From contig CM035354.1 in the NCBI GenBank assembly GCA_020137815.1, positions 6,448,001-6,512,000 on the forward strand: 64,000 bases of DNA, read 5' to 3'. The notes under the pieces were generated by a model. The model saw nothing but the letters and a program-made list of their open reading frames with translations. It did no database searches and was not told where the DNA came from. This DNA is from Hormiphora californensis (Eukaryota; Animalia; Ctenophora). The first letter of the stretch is position 1. The number at the start of each line of letters is the position of its first letter. This document shows positions 46,793 to 59,256 of the stretch, piece by piece. Both the position numbers and the translations under genes were made by a program.

Positions 46793-49654
46793 ATGTCGAT
46801 GGATGTGTTTCTGATTTCAACTGTGTTCTGCCTTGTTCAACTTCCACGGTTTTCTCCTACATTTACACGGCTTACGGTAAGTTAGAGTGGGAGAGAAAAG
46901 GCAGGGATTATCTTGAAATGTCTGTACTGATACCTTTTGACTTTTGAGATGGTGGAATGAGAAGTGACTCTGAGAAAGAGAGAGAGAAAGAGAGGGAGAG
47001 AGTTACTTTAGTAAAGTAGATCGACATTTTACTTTACATGTCGATCCTCACAAGCATTTGGGCACGTCGCGCCCCCCATGTTCGCGCGCCCGTAGGGCGA
47101 TCCCCTCACGGGGCTTGCCTGCTTCGCAGGCAACACAAGCATGGAATCCATTTCAAAGCAATTTCCAGTTCATGTTTGAAAATTTACCTGGAAAATGGTG
47201 GTAGTTTCTTGGAAATGAGTTCCATGCTTGCGTGAGATATCTCTAACTCTGAGAAATTAGCATGAAAATTGTGATTCCATGTTGATCTCTCAGATATAAC
47301 AAGCATTACATGGAATTTTCCATAGAACTCATTTCAAAGAAACTGTCACTATTTTCCAAGGGATTCTCTCAGTCTCGTCAGTTTCTCTACCAAGCTTCTA
47401 AATTCCTCCGTCTTCGTCCAACATCCCTATTTCTATCAACCCGCCTCCATCTTTCTTGTATATCACAATTTTATTCCATCATCCACCCCACCCCACCACC
47501 CCACCAACCCTCCCATCCATCCCTCCCAGCTTGATGAGTAACTCTAAATAACTCCCACCAGATTGTGGATGCGGTTAATGAGTTGATTGAAGATGACACG
47601 GTGGAGATAGTGACAGATATCAAGATGATGGGAGAGAATTTCCATATAAACAACAAAGCTCTTCTCTACGAATCATTTGCATTCTTCTCCTTTGCAATAG
47701 GTAAGAGATCAAAATCTACATGATGAATTGGTGACGCCTTTTCAAGCCTGAGGTGACCTTGATACTGACATAGCCGCCTATGTAAACTAGCCATGCTTCG
47801 CCACTCAGTGTACCATGCATCTTTCCAATTGTTTACTTAAAGAGCCGAACAAACAATTGAACCCTTTGATCGACCGCGAAATAGCTCCTCCAGACGCCTA
47901 ACAATTTGTCAGAATTCCCATGGAACCTATCCCTTTTCCTAACCTTTTATAACACAATTTCCGTAACCCAATTTCCTCTCCTTATAAGGAGCGGCAGCAC
48001 TCGTTTCACTGACCCGAAGATTCTCGGCTGTCTCCCTCCTGCTTTCCTCCCTGTTCTCGCTCTCAAGACCCTTCCTGACGTGGACTCGACTTCCCTCCGC
48101 TAAAATTCTTCTGGGTAAGATGGGGGTTCTTGGAGGTAGATGGGGGTCTGCCCTTTCCACAATCTCAACTTCTTGGAGGTGATTTCGGCATATAAAAAAT
48201 AGTTAAATCTATTTTTCTTTTCTTTACTCACTCTCTCTCCCCCTCCGTCTCTTAGGTATGTAAGTATACAAATTAGATATGTCGCCTGTGCGTGATCATG
48301 AATTCTCAGAATTATCCAACTCACGACTTGTTTTTTTAATGCCACCTAGTTTCTTGGAATATTTCAAGAAACCGGGGGAGAGTTCTGAGGTATTATATAG
48401 CCGGAATATATCCTCTTCTAGGGATTCTGCAGCAGAAAATTAAATTTGTGCAAGCAAGACTAAAGAGTAAAAACACATAAAAATACGTCATACGGATTTC
48501 CCTAACCTAGTGTTTTTCGTATCGATTTTCTCCCCTATCTTAATTCTGCTGAGATTCAACTAAATTTGTAAGTCACACCCGACCTATTTTCAGCGTCACT
48601 GGCAGGAATCGGTTACGGTGGAGCGTTTGTTTCAACTTGCATCCTAATAAACAAGAGATCCCGCTCACCCAACCTGTTAGCTCGGAACTTTGCCACATTG
48701 GTAGCGTGTGGGGGTGCCAGTTACGCCCTTTTTGTGGGCCTACTCAACACCCAGACTATTTGTGAGAATGAGGGTTGTTTGGGAGTGGTGGTAGCACTAC
48801 AAACCATCGGGTGTGGTCTCTCCTTTGTGGTACTCCTCCGAACACTGAGGTGGAAGAACTCTAAAGACGATGATGAGGTGTTTTTGGATGCAGGAGGAAC
48901 GAAACTAGTCCAAAAGATACCACTTAATATCCAAATCATGTTCATCCTAGCTCTCCTGTTTTACTCCTACAGCCACACCCTGACATCGAAAATATTCTCC
49001 GAGTGCTGGATTTTATCGAATAACTTTAAGTTCCATCTTGAGACATTAATTCCATTTGGTATTGGCATGTCTTCATGGGCCCTTCACTGCGCCTACTACC
49101 ATAGCACCTGGATGTACCGGTGTCGGACAATAATCTCCACCACTACCCTCTTCCTTTGTTTCTTTATGGCGGTATTCCTGAGCCAGCAGACTTGTGAGAC
49201 TGGCCGTCTGTGGGGCCACCTTGGACTACTTCCAGTTTATACCTTCCTAGTGGGCCAGGGCCTTGCCTCCCTCTCCTGTGAGGTGTACCCCCTGGCAAGC
49301 CTACTATGGAAACACCCTGCACGGTTCACCCTTGTTATCGTCATGGAGGGTGTTACCTCAATCTTGGTAACGGTCATTCCCGCCCCACTTTGGATCTGGG
49401 TGGCGATCTCTGTTCCACTTGCCATACTTTACATTGTAGTTACCCTACGGACATTTTCCTGGTTCTCCAGATACATGAGCCGAGTTGAGCGGCATTGTGC
49501 GGAGAAACATTACGGTACCATGATGCCCTCTACATCGAGCAGCAGTTCGGATAGTGGTGGACAGGAGAAGTGGTGCGCTGGGTTGTTGGTACCTGAGAAG
49601 GAGTTGATTGTCATTGATACTGATAATGAGAGTGGACTTAGTAAGGGTCGTTGA
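46793..49654 (+). CDS. Multi-pass membrane protein, MFS-like, gene 2
   Basis: Exons 46793-46876, 47562-47700, ~48000-48114 and 48594-49654; same overall hydropathy layout as gene 1. Confidence 0.65.
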
Positions 49655-50064
49655 GATTGAGTTTAAAAGTTATTTCCTATGGAAATAGTGGACTCTACTA
49701 TTTTATTGAATGTTGATGTATTGTAATACCGTTATAGTTTCCCACAGCGGGGCAGGTTCTTAAAAAGAGCGGTAATATTAGTTTCTCATATAGAGCTGTT
49801 TCTCGTAAACGAGCTGTATTGCGGCGCCCATACCCCAACAGTGCGCTCAGATCGGGTCGGCGGCGCCAGACAGTAAACGAGCAGTTTGTATAAATGTCAC
49901 TGGAACCACATGTCACTGATGATTTCACCTCATTAGTCATTACATATGTAGGTGTGCGGTTACCGGTACCGGTACAGGTACTGCAGGTACCGGGCGGTGG
50001 TCTAAACAAACAAATCACAGTGTGTTAGCAGTTAGAAACACTCACTGTGCTTTGTGTGGTTGTT

Positions 50065-51215
50065 ATGTTGGTGGTGCTGTGGCTTGTTCTGTTACTGCTG
50101 CCTGCTAGCCATGTAAGTAATAGTGAAACTTTAGGGTAAACCGGGGCAATTCGAACAACTGGGGCAATTCGAACATAGTACTGCCCGTCTCTCACCTAGT
50201 TAAGCTATCATAATGACGTCATCCTATCTCCAGAAGAAAACTGCTCGTTCGAGCCTCCCGTTACCACTAAATAGGCTCTAGATCCGGTTTAAGTTGGTCA
50301 ATTTCTGATTTGAAAAAACCAGCTGAAAGCTAATAATATCAGCTTTCAGATGGTATAAAAATTATTTAAATATTCGCATGTTTTCATTCCAAATTCTGGT
50401 AAATTAAGATTACCGGGGCAATTCGAACAACCGGGGCAATTCGAACATGGGCAATTTGGTTAACACACCGGGGCAATTTGGTTAACTCCCGGGCCAATGA
50501 TGTGCAGTTCTTTGCACCACGTGATCACGCGTGATACCGGGGCAATTCGAGCAAGAACGACCAGCGTTTAGATTGCGTGTAGATTACATTGTTCGAATTG
50601 CCCCCACCTCTAACAACACCAGGCGGGAATCTTCTTCTGGTGTTGTGAGGACGTTCACGTGACTCCCACGTGACGAAATAAAGCACTCCTATTGGTGATG
50701 CTCGAATTGCCCCGGTACCAATTTTTCCGACCAAAATTTTTCAATTAGTTATTTAGTTAAGTAAATGATGGTCCCTATAGTTGAAATTTATCTTATTTGA
50801 AAGATAAAATAATGAACTTTAATCCTATATAATTTTTTTCATTGTATCTTTTTTTAAATGGGAGTGAGAACCGATTAAGTAAAAAGTTAACCATTTTGCC
50901 CCGGTTTACCCTATAACCTGATAGCTTAGCTCGCTATAGTATACCTTTCGGCGGTCCCTTGCTGGCATGCAAAGAACACAATGTTATTGTTTACTAAAAC
51001 ATTTGTTCACAAGTGTGAGTTAATTTAGACTGTCTCTCATTTCTCCAGGGTGGGAAATACAATACCTCTGCATCGGATAAGGACATAACCCAACCTGCTG
51101 ACAAGATAATCCGCCCAATTGTACACGCTGAAACGGATCCTCCGTTGCAGAGCAAGGATGTCGGACCCATGTATTCTATAGGTGTCCTCCTTATCCCATT
51201 ATTATATATTATTTG
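50065..51215 (+). CDS. Possible small secreted or membrane protein, two exons
   Basis: MLVVLWLVLLLLPASH|GTAAGT donor; acceptor TTTCTCCAG at 51048, then GGKYNTSASD...YSIGVLLIPLLYII*. Confidence 0.4.
50134..50911. mobile_element. MITE with GGGTAAACCGGGGCAA TIR and internal GGGGCAATTCGAAC repeats
   Basis: TA|GGGTAAACCGGGGCAA ... TTGCCCCGGTTTACCC|TA. Confidence 0.85.
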
Positions 51216-51920
51216 AAGTTGGTCAAGTATTATAATGGCCGTATGACTATGAGATATTGAGCTGTATGAGTACAATAGAGCTGTTGTTGTATAGATACTG
51301 CTGGTCCATTTGGAGACAATGGAGAACATCGACCCGTTTGGGATATTAACTGTTACCTACTGATAGCCGATCTGGGGCTTCAGGGGAATGCAGGGATTGC
51401 CTGGAATATGGATCATGGACTGTTGCCATACCAGATGAGAAGTCAGAATAAAGGCAATATAATGACTATAGAGAGTCCTTGTCTAGCTAGACAAATGATG
51501 ATCGTTTTTGTAGCATACACGTGGCATATTAATCATTAGCGCACTTCTGGTCTTATGATTACATAAGTAAATAGCCCTTAAATAAACATATTGCGAAATT
51601 GCGTACGTGTGATTTAGAGGTATCATCGCGGACATCCCCCGTCCCCGGTACGTGTGACAATGTGATGAGATTGGTCATCTTGGAAAAGGTGGGCTTCTAG
51701 GAATTCGGGTGCTGGATCAATCTTGTACTCGGAATTCCTGGAAACCTATGAAACCTATTAATCTAAGCTAGTTAGAGTGGCTTACGAGGCTCTTGGATTC
51801 GATTTGTTGTTATTCCCCCAAAGTTAGTGACGCGCGCAGTTTCAATGCTATGGAAGTTTAACTTTTCAGCAATGCAATCTCTAACAGCGTGGGAAAATCA
51901 TCAATACGAACCCCAGCAAC

Positions 51921-52818
51921 CAGGGGTGTAGGTTGGTAATGAAATTCCCCCTCTGCGCTAGCTCACGGAGGGGTAATAATATCGCTTGTACGGCGGGAAA
52001 AAAATTCCTGTGTCCAAACTACAAAACAGAAAGTTCTAATTTTTTGAACATACCGAGGAAATTGTCTGAGCTACCATTACATACCGGAATTTTTCGATAT
52101 TTTGGCCATTAACACTGTTTTTGTTTTTGGAAAACTATGAAGATGCTGGAATTTGGCTACAAAAAGCTTCAGAAATGTGCAAAATGCCATTCCAAAGGTA
52201 TTAGAGGTGGATTCATTGATAACTAAGCTATAGTCGAGTCAGAAAAAATTCCACAAGATTGGAATTTTATGCCCATATAAGGAGTTATGCGACACACCTC
52301 TGTTGTTAAACATGTGGTGTAATCGCTACCGGTCGTTACTTTCTGTAGAATTCAGGTCCTGGTTACTATACAAACTAGTACCATACGTTTTAGATAGGTT
52401 TTAGACAAGTTTTCGATAACTTTTTATGAGAAGGTCCCGTAAATTTTCATTTTTAGGTAGGCGGTATTGTCACCCCTATATGCAATAATAGGGGTGACTT
52501 CGTAACCAAGGGTGTAGGAATGATTTTTCAAGTGAGGGGGCGAAGTCACGTGACCAATTACAGCGCTGGCCAGCGCCCAAGAAAATTTATTGTGAGCAAG
52601 ATGTAGCCACCTATTTCATTGCATTTACTATACAATATACATCGGGCGGAGCGACAGCGGAGCCCGAGAAAATTTTTAGGGTTTTGAGCCAAAAAGTCAT
52701 GATTTCGTCATTTGGGAGTGAGTGTTGACTGTTGGCGACAAAAGTGAGGGGGCGAACCTGGCCAAAAGTGGGGGGGGGGGGCGGCCGCCCCCCTCGCCCC
52801 CCTATTCCTACACCCCTG
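51921..52818. mobile_element. hAT-type MITE, copy 2 (inverted relative to 21520), interrupted within its TIR
   Basis: 8-bp TSD CCAGCAAC; body 52510-52818 matches the reverse complement of 21520-21823. Confidence 0.9.
51933..52509. mobile_element. Unclassified TIR element (TTGGT...ACCAA) with 9-bp TSD, second example
   Basis: GGGTGTAGG|TTGGTAATGAAATTCCCC ... GGGGTGACTTCGTAACCAA|GGGTGTAGG. Confidence 0.8.
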
Positions 52819-53669
52819 CCAGCAACGAATCTATTTTCCCCCGACCGGTTTTATTATTTGTTGACATGTTCCTTGTCTGTCAGCTCTCACACCGGGCCTT
52901 CGGCCCGGTGTGAGCTTACGCGAGCGTAAGCGAACAGACAGACTGCGTAGCATGGCAAATTATTTGCCGATATTGTTCACTCAAAACTGCAGTATTTTAA
53001 TAAGGTTAACATAAATTAATCCTTTACAACAAACTGAAATAACAGGCCAATAGAGTACGCGACATACGGTTTAACAACAAAATCTGTCCAATCAATTTCA
53101 TCGCACACCCATAATCAAAAGCAATAAAAAGGAGGTATACAAATCGCAAGGTTACCCTCATAAAGTCCAATTATTTCTTTAAGTGACAGGGGCCGCACAA
53201 AAATATTACTGCGAAACTATTCGTTTCACGGCCCCTGTCGCTTAAATAAAAATTGGACTACATATTATTCCCTACAAGGACACTGATTAGATTCGACACT
53301 GATTTATTCCAATCAATAAATTAATCACACTTTTATCTGAGATTATCGAGCCCCTCTAATCCTCTTCCTCGAGCAGACGTTCGAGTACATTCTTATCGTA
53401 CGCACTCCTGTCACACAAAATCGATTATGATTCAATTCCCTTCCGATTATTTTAGATAAACAGCCCAGCACAAACATTTTCCGGAAAAAAAGAAAGCATC
53501 AGCACAGATGTTATTAGTGCATCAGAAACAAAAAATGTGCTGAAGATTAGAAAACACACAGTAGCCCACAGATTTTCCAGTCCGTACAAAAAGAACAGCA
53601 ACAGCAGCATTAGGCTGCTACGACTGAGTAGCATTGAGACTGCAAGACCACAATTCAGCAACAACCAAG

Positions 53670-56600
53670 TTAGGCAGTTTCAATTGGGGCGTACCCGGTA
53701 GATTTCTTGTAGAGTGATACCACATATGCTATTAGGATAGTAGTTGTACATAGGAATACCAGGACCATCGTAACGAGCATTATAAATAGGGCACCTGGGG
53801 GAGGTGACTTTGATTAGGGGTAGAAAAACGGCTGATAAAGTCTGAGTATAGGTATCACATTGAACCATAGTCAAAGAATGTCAGTATCACAGTGTGATAC
53901 AATTAGTACTTATCACTTACTTTTAGTAACCCCAGGTAGTATCTCAACACCATTACAGTACTTGCAAGAACTCATCCGACGAGTAATCATAGTCAGTGTT
54001 AATAGCATAAAACTCCTCCGGAGCTACATCCCTGTATCACCACACCCTGGCAACTTGTAGGTAACCTGAGGCTTCATGAGAGTGGTGCCGGTTCAGCCGC
54101 ACTTCCCAGGTCCCTGATGTTGTCTTCCAGAGCTTCTAGCATGAGGACAGGTAGCGTAGGGTGGCTGGATGCCGTCATATACACCCAGACAGGTCAGGAT
54201 GCCGGCTAGTGTTGTGTCGTGCTATGGGGAGGGGGTATTGTGAACACTGAACCAATCTTCTGAACAGGGAGCTCATTTCACACACTCTGAGCAGTGAGCA
54301 ACTGCATGTCCTAGGGACAACAGTAATTTTAATGCGAACACTTACTGCTGAGTACATGATGAGACGAAGTTCATTCTTATCTTCGATGGCATCCTTAATT
54401 CGATGTTTCAAATCAGACATTAACACTCCACCGACCATGCGTTTCAGTTGTCTGGTTAGCAGATTGAATGATAGCCACTCCAAATCTCCAAATTGCTTGA
54501 CATCCTCGAATATGTGCTGTTCTACAAATTCTTTCTTCAATGGCATACCAGCTGTAGCATTCTGAAATTATAATTCTTTCAGATTTGTAAAAGACATGTC
54601 CAGACCAGGATAATAAGAGATATCATGGCGTGAGCGAGTGGGTTAGATTGGTATTTCCTACCTCACAAAATAATGTATCGTGAATACTGGCTAGCTTGTA
54701 AAATGCATCATAAGGGTCTTCAATCTCTCCCCAGCCGGTTACTTTTAATATCTTTTTAGCGACTTCCTGAAAAGAATACAGGTGTTAAATTTCGTGGCTC
54801 GGTTCCGAAATATAACAAGTCACCACCAGTCAGTAGTGGTAGTCCCACTCCCGGTTATAATTGTCACAGAGGGGGAACCGGACTGAGAAGTGCAAGTTCC
54901 TGTGACGTTGTTTGCGCGCGGTAGTTGTCTCCCTAATGCGCCGAGATTACAGTCTCTGACACCCCGCGCGGTACTGATATGGACTTGGCTCCAACATTTT
55001 CTGACTTTTGGTTTCATGGAAACATCTCCGGGTCAACCGGACACGGAACACTTCTCTCGCACTTGCTACCGGAACAACAGCAGTGCAACAGATGAATGAT
55101 GAGTTAAAGGAAAGTTCCTTTTCTTACCGATCGGTTGCTCATGTAATTCATAAAGACTGGATCAGCTTTCATGACCTCTTTTCGGTGCTCATCGTATGGA
55201 TCGCAATCAGATGGACCACCCCCTAACATCTGTAAAGAGTGTTAATATTGGTGAGGAGGGATGAAAGGGGCAATCTAATTCATTTGATTTGAATGTGCGA
55301 GATCGATATCCAATACATAGGTTACACACATACAGGCCTCCAAGGCTACGATTGGAATTGGAATTCTACTCTATGATCTCTATCAACATAACAACTTACA
55401 GTCTCCTGTATGCGTGGCACCATGTGGACTGGAATGGGCTGCCAAACATCCAGTGGTGAATCCTCATCTTCCTGTTGGGGGGGGGGTAGAGGCATTGGAG
55501 CAGAGCCAACGAATAGAGAGAGCAAAATGGGACGTTTGGAGAGATTTATGATAGAGGGAGAGAATTATAGTAGAAAGGGAGAAAGAGAAAGGGAGAGTGA
55601 TAGTGGAGGTAGAGAATGATAGTTAAATGGCCGCACCGGAAATGTATCTTACATCGGGGGGAGGGAAGAGACCAGCTAACATACTCTCTGCACTCATCAT
55701 CGTCCTGTCCCTTTCTGTACTTTGTACCCGCACCTGATAGAATAGGGAGTTGTTTTGTTCAAACCCAGCGGAGCTCACGAAAAGAGGGTCGAGCTAGGCA
55801 AGTGGGGAGTGTAGAACTTTAAAACAAAGGTAATTCCCTAACCGCATTGTATTGTTAATACTTTTACATTTTAGTTATTTCTATAACAGGCCCCGGAGGC
55901 TGCTCGTCAGAGTCAGAATTATACAATAACCCCCAATGGTTACGACGGAAAATAAATAGTAGATATCTAACATCTTCAGTTTGAAATACCTGGACTCGTT
56001 TGTAGTCTGGATTGATTCCCAGGTAAAAAGGGCTAGTTTCGTTGATATACCGCTCCCTGAAAAACTTCCCATTTGCCAGGTGCTGCCTCATACCAACCTG
56101 AGAAACAATGCATATAATCCAGGAACCGACCGTATCAGGAAGTACTGGTCCCTCATTGGCTGATAACCAGTCACGTGACCTAAATAACAAGTTCTGATTG
56201 GTTGTTTACTTGTGTCGGTCGGTTCCTGATAGAATCATTAAACCCTTATTGTGGGTTTATAGTGCACATTTAATTAATCAACTACTGTGTGTGTAGTCAT
56301 TCTATACATTGTTCTCAATATACATTAGATTATTCCCTCAATATTGAGTCACAATATAAGTCATTTCATAGTGCAAAATCACCCTCCCAACTCTACACAT
56401 TACATGGGCCGCAACTCATGTGCTGCAGCAACTACTGCAAGATGTGAGTGGGCCGCAACATTCGGTACAACACAGGCTTTCTAGCAGTTCAGCATTTCCT
56501 AAACATCACCCATCATCTTATCACCAAGAAAGGAAAAGTAGCAAGAATATAATCACCTTGCTCAGTTGACCGGGTCCCTGGGGCCAGCTGGTGGCATTGT

Positions 56601-56894
56601 AAATGTCTGTAGGGATCACACCAATAGCTGACCTGTCACCGTGCCTGAAAATCTGCAGGAAATAGGCAGTTTAGATTCTATCTGTCAAAAACTAGCGATA
56701 ATTGACTGTGCAATACGTTTGTGACAAGCATCAATTTAATGATTGGTTGTAATATTTATTGCCACTACGTAATTGTTATAGCATTGGGTTGATCATTATG
56801 TAATTGAAATGTGATTACTAACCAGAACAGATAGTCGTAGTTCATCAGCGAGGAGTGAGGTAAATAGAGAACATAACCATAACCACACCACCAT
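53670..56894 (-). CDS. ACP2: Lysosomal acid phosphatase-like histidine phosphatase
   Basis: IFRHGDRS, GQLSK|VGMRQH, RTMMSA, WQPIPVH, YSA|HDTTL, PPYA; C-terminal TM followed by KKSTGYAPIETA* (GYxxPhi sorting signal). Confidence 0.88.
56120..56228. mobile_element. ~110 bp MITE in an acid phosphatase intron
   Basis: CAGGAACCGAC ... GTCGGTTCCTG. The reverse translation QEPTDTSKQPIRTCYLGHVTGYQP resembles a repeat I recall from Pleurobrachia gene models (unverified). Confidence 0.75.
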
Positions 56895-56935
56895 CGTCTA
56901 AATTTGTAGAGGGGGTAATTAGGGGTCTAGATGTA

Positions 56936-57215
56936 CAGGGTGGTTCAGAAACATGGAGCCACTTGGAGATAAAGATTGGAAAAATACAATCCTCTCTCTA
57001 TTGTACGGATCCAAATTTCAACGTGTTACCCTGTCAGTTGACAGGCTGACAATTTTGAGGAAAGAGTGACTCTCTGTCCATCTCAATCCTCAGGGGACGC
57101 TTTTTCTAGTCAAGAGACCGTGAAAATACATTTTTAATTACACTGTACATTGGAGAGCGAACTGTAATGACACATTAGTTATCTCAAAGTGGCTCCATGT
57201 TTCTGAACCACCCTG
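56936..57215. mobile_element. Tc1/mariner-type MITE
   Basis: TA|CAGGGTGGTTCAGAAACATGGAGCCACTT ... AAGTGGCTCCATGTTTCTGAACCACCCTG|TA. Confidence 0.9.
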
Positions 57216-57519
57216 TATAACACGAGGGGGCAGAAGGGTAGAAATGTGCAATGTTATTCAATGGGGGTACTGATGGAGGGCTTAAGAAATTGGAGTTGAA
57301 CTGAGACTGGTAGACGACACTACGAGTGAAGTTGTGGGGGAGGGAGGTAAGAATATGAATCCAAAACAGCAAACAACATGGTCCAAATGTAAGTAAAAAA
57401 GCTCAACACTGAACACATGATACTATACCTCAATATACAGAGAAAAATAAAATTCAATACATATTGCGCAACCCGACCTCGCCTCGAAATTGTCATAAGT
57501 TCATACTACTACTCATTAG

Positions 57520-57819
57520 TCACTTTGCAATTTTGCAGCCCAAACTTCCAAACTTCTTAACAAAATCCGCTGTATACCAACACGTCAGTCTAACAGATAA
57601 CTTATTAGAGGCTGCGAACTTTAAACCCACTCTCACTAAAGCCCCTGCTACACCTTTACCCCTCATGGCAGGAGGGACGAATGTGTGTAGCATGTCAAGT
57701 GTACCTCCTTCTCGGGAGTACTCCAGAAATGCGGGATTTCGGGTTAGCGAGGAGTCTTCGTAGATGAATTTATACTCGGAATGGGTTATTGCCTCGTCTA
57801 CTTCTGTTGGTTCTGCCAT
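57520..57819 (-). CDS. NATD1: NATD1/YjdJ-like minimal GNAT acetyltransferase, intronless
   Basis: AFLEY...LDMLHTFVPPAMRGKGVAGALV...LTCWY. Confidence 0.88.
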   Translation of the reverse strand: MAEPTEVDEAITHSEYKFIYEDSSLTRNPAFLEYSREGGTLDMLHTFVPPAMRGKGVAGALVRVGLKFAASNKLSVRLTCWYTADFVKKFGSLGCKIAK

Positions 57820-58229
57820 GTGACACTTCAGAGGTTGGGAGAGACGCGGTACTAAATATCAAAGGGTTAGAATAACTGATAGGAGAGAGAGATCTAAAAT
57901 ATCCCTGATAGAGAGAGATCTAAAATATTAAATTGCACATTTGTTATCAAGACCGCAATATATATTTACAAATAAATTTTCAGTACAAACAATATCAGTG
58001 ACAAATAAAGAGCACATAGAAACTACTAAACTACACGATAAACTCATGCTGTCGTCCTGGCCCACAAACACCAGGCTGTGCCTCCCTTCCGTGCGGGATG
58101 ACTGATGAGGGAAGATAGGGGTATCACATAACTAATCTCAGACTGAAGCACAGTCGTTCACCAGTCACCACAGGGACTGGGTTGAGTCCCAGCTTTTCCT
58201 GTTATACTTCACCACAGCTCCCTTTCTCT

Positions 58230-58865
58230 CTAAACAACAGGTTGAGCACCCTCAATAGGGACAACCTGGGTTGCAGCAGCTCTTTTCATCTGGGCTGTCA
58301 GATCCGGATTAAGATCCCTAAACTTAGGTCCCATCTGAGTGAGCAACATGAGACAAAAGACAATGAAGGACAGAATAAACGCGAGGAGAAGTGTTATCAT
58401 AATCAGTTGAACTTGCCATAGCAACCGGTAATTCTCCATAGATTTGATGTATACCTCACCCTCTTGGACATACCATCGGAGGAGAACTCCAAAATGTGCT
58501 ATGGCATTCCCCGCCGCGCACACCATACTAATGATCTGTCTGTTGATGGTAACCATGGCAACCACTCTGGATAATTCACAGACTGGAGCCACACGGGTGA
58601 TAAAGAGTAGGGTGGACAGGGTGAGAAGGAGGAGTTCTTTCAGTGAGTTCATGTAGCCACCCTGTATGGGCTCAGGAGGGGAGGAGTAGTAGAAGAGGGC
58701 AACAGTTGTGTAGAGGAGAGATAGGAGGAGAATGCAGAAGGATAGAATGGTACCGAGGAGTTTTCGGCCGAAATAAAACGGACATTGGATGTCGATTGTA
58801 GGTAGGCTGGGATAGTCATCGAATGGTACATCCGGGATTTTACTGAAGACTGCCCGGCGCTTCAT
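58230..58865 (-). CDS. Uncharacterised ~4-TM membrane protein
   Basis: Likely ATG 58865 (MKRRAVF) after CTATTTAG; four hydrophobic segments; 3' end conserved in the duplicate at 63885-64000. Confidence 0.7.
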   Translation of the reverse strand: MKRRAVFSKIPDVPFDDYPSLPTIDIQCPFYFGRKLLGTILSFCILLLSLLYTTVALFYYSSPPEPIQGGYMNSLKELLLLTLSTLLFITRVAPVCELSRVVAMVTINRQIISMVCAAGNAIAHFGVLLRWYVQEGEVYIKSMENYRLLWQVQLIMITLLLAFILSFIVFCLMLLTQMGPKFRDLNPDLTAQMKRAAATQVVPIEGAQPVV

Positions 58866-59256
58866 CCTAAATAGCATGTGTGTGTGGATTAGAGGGGACT
58901 GTTTATGGGATTGGAGGCGGGGGCGGGATTGGTAATATGAAAGAATAAGGGGGGGGGGGAACAAACGACCACTCTGGATTCTCGTACAAATCAATTGTAG
59001 GTTTAAAAGGGTGAACTTCAAAAAAACAAAGTTTGATCACCGACACAACACGGTCTATTAATAAATTAGAACATTCCTTTATATTATCCACACTGATGAA
59101 ATTCTCAGACTTCTCGGTTCAACAGGCAACATGAGTTAAATTTAAATAGTTTGAGGGGGCCGAGTATGCTCATGCAAAAGTTTGCAGTGGATGTGCGTGG
59201 TAGGGGAGGGTATACAAAACAACATATAAAACATGTGACACACACTCTTATCTCCT

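Noticed and set aside
57520-57819. Intronless GNAT as a bacterial horizontal transfer
   Set aside because: The LTCWY motif matches animal NATD1, so vertical inheritance is sufficient.
58095-58160. CTGATGAG as a hammerhead ribozyme core
   Set aside because: No properly placed GAAA or closing stems; the same holds at ~22125 and ~37153.
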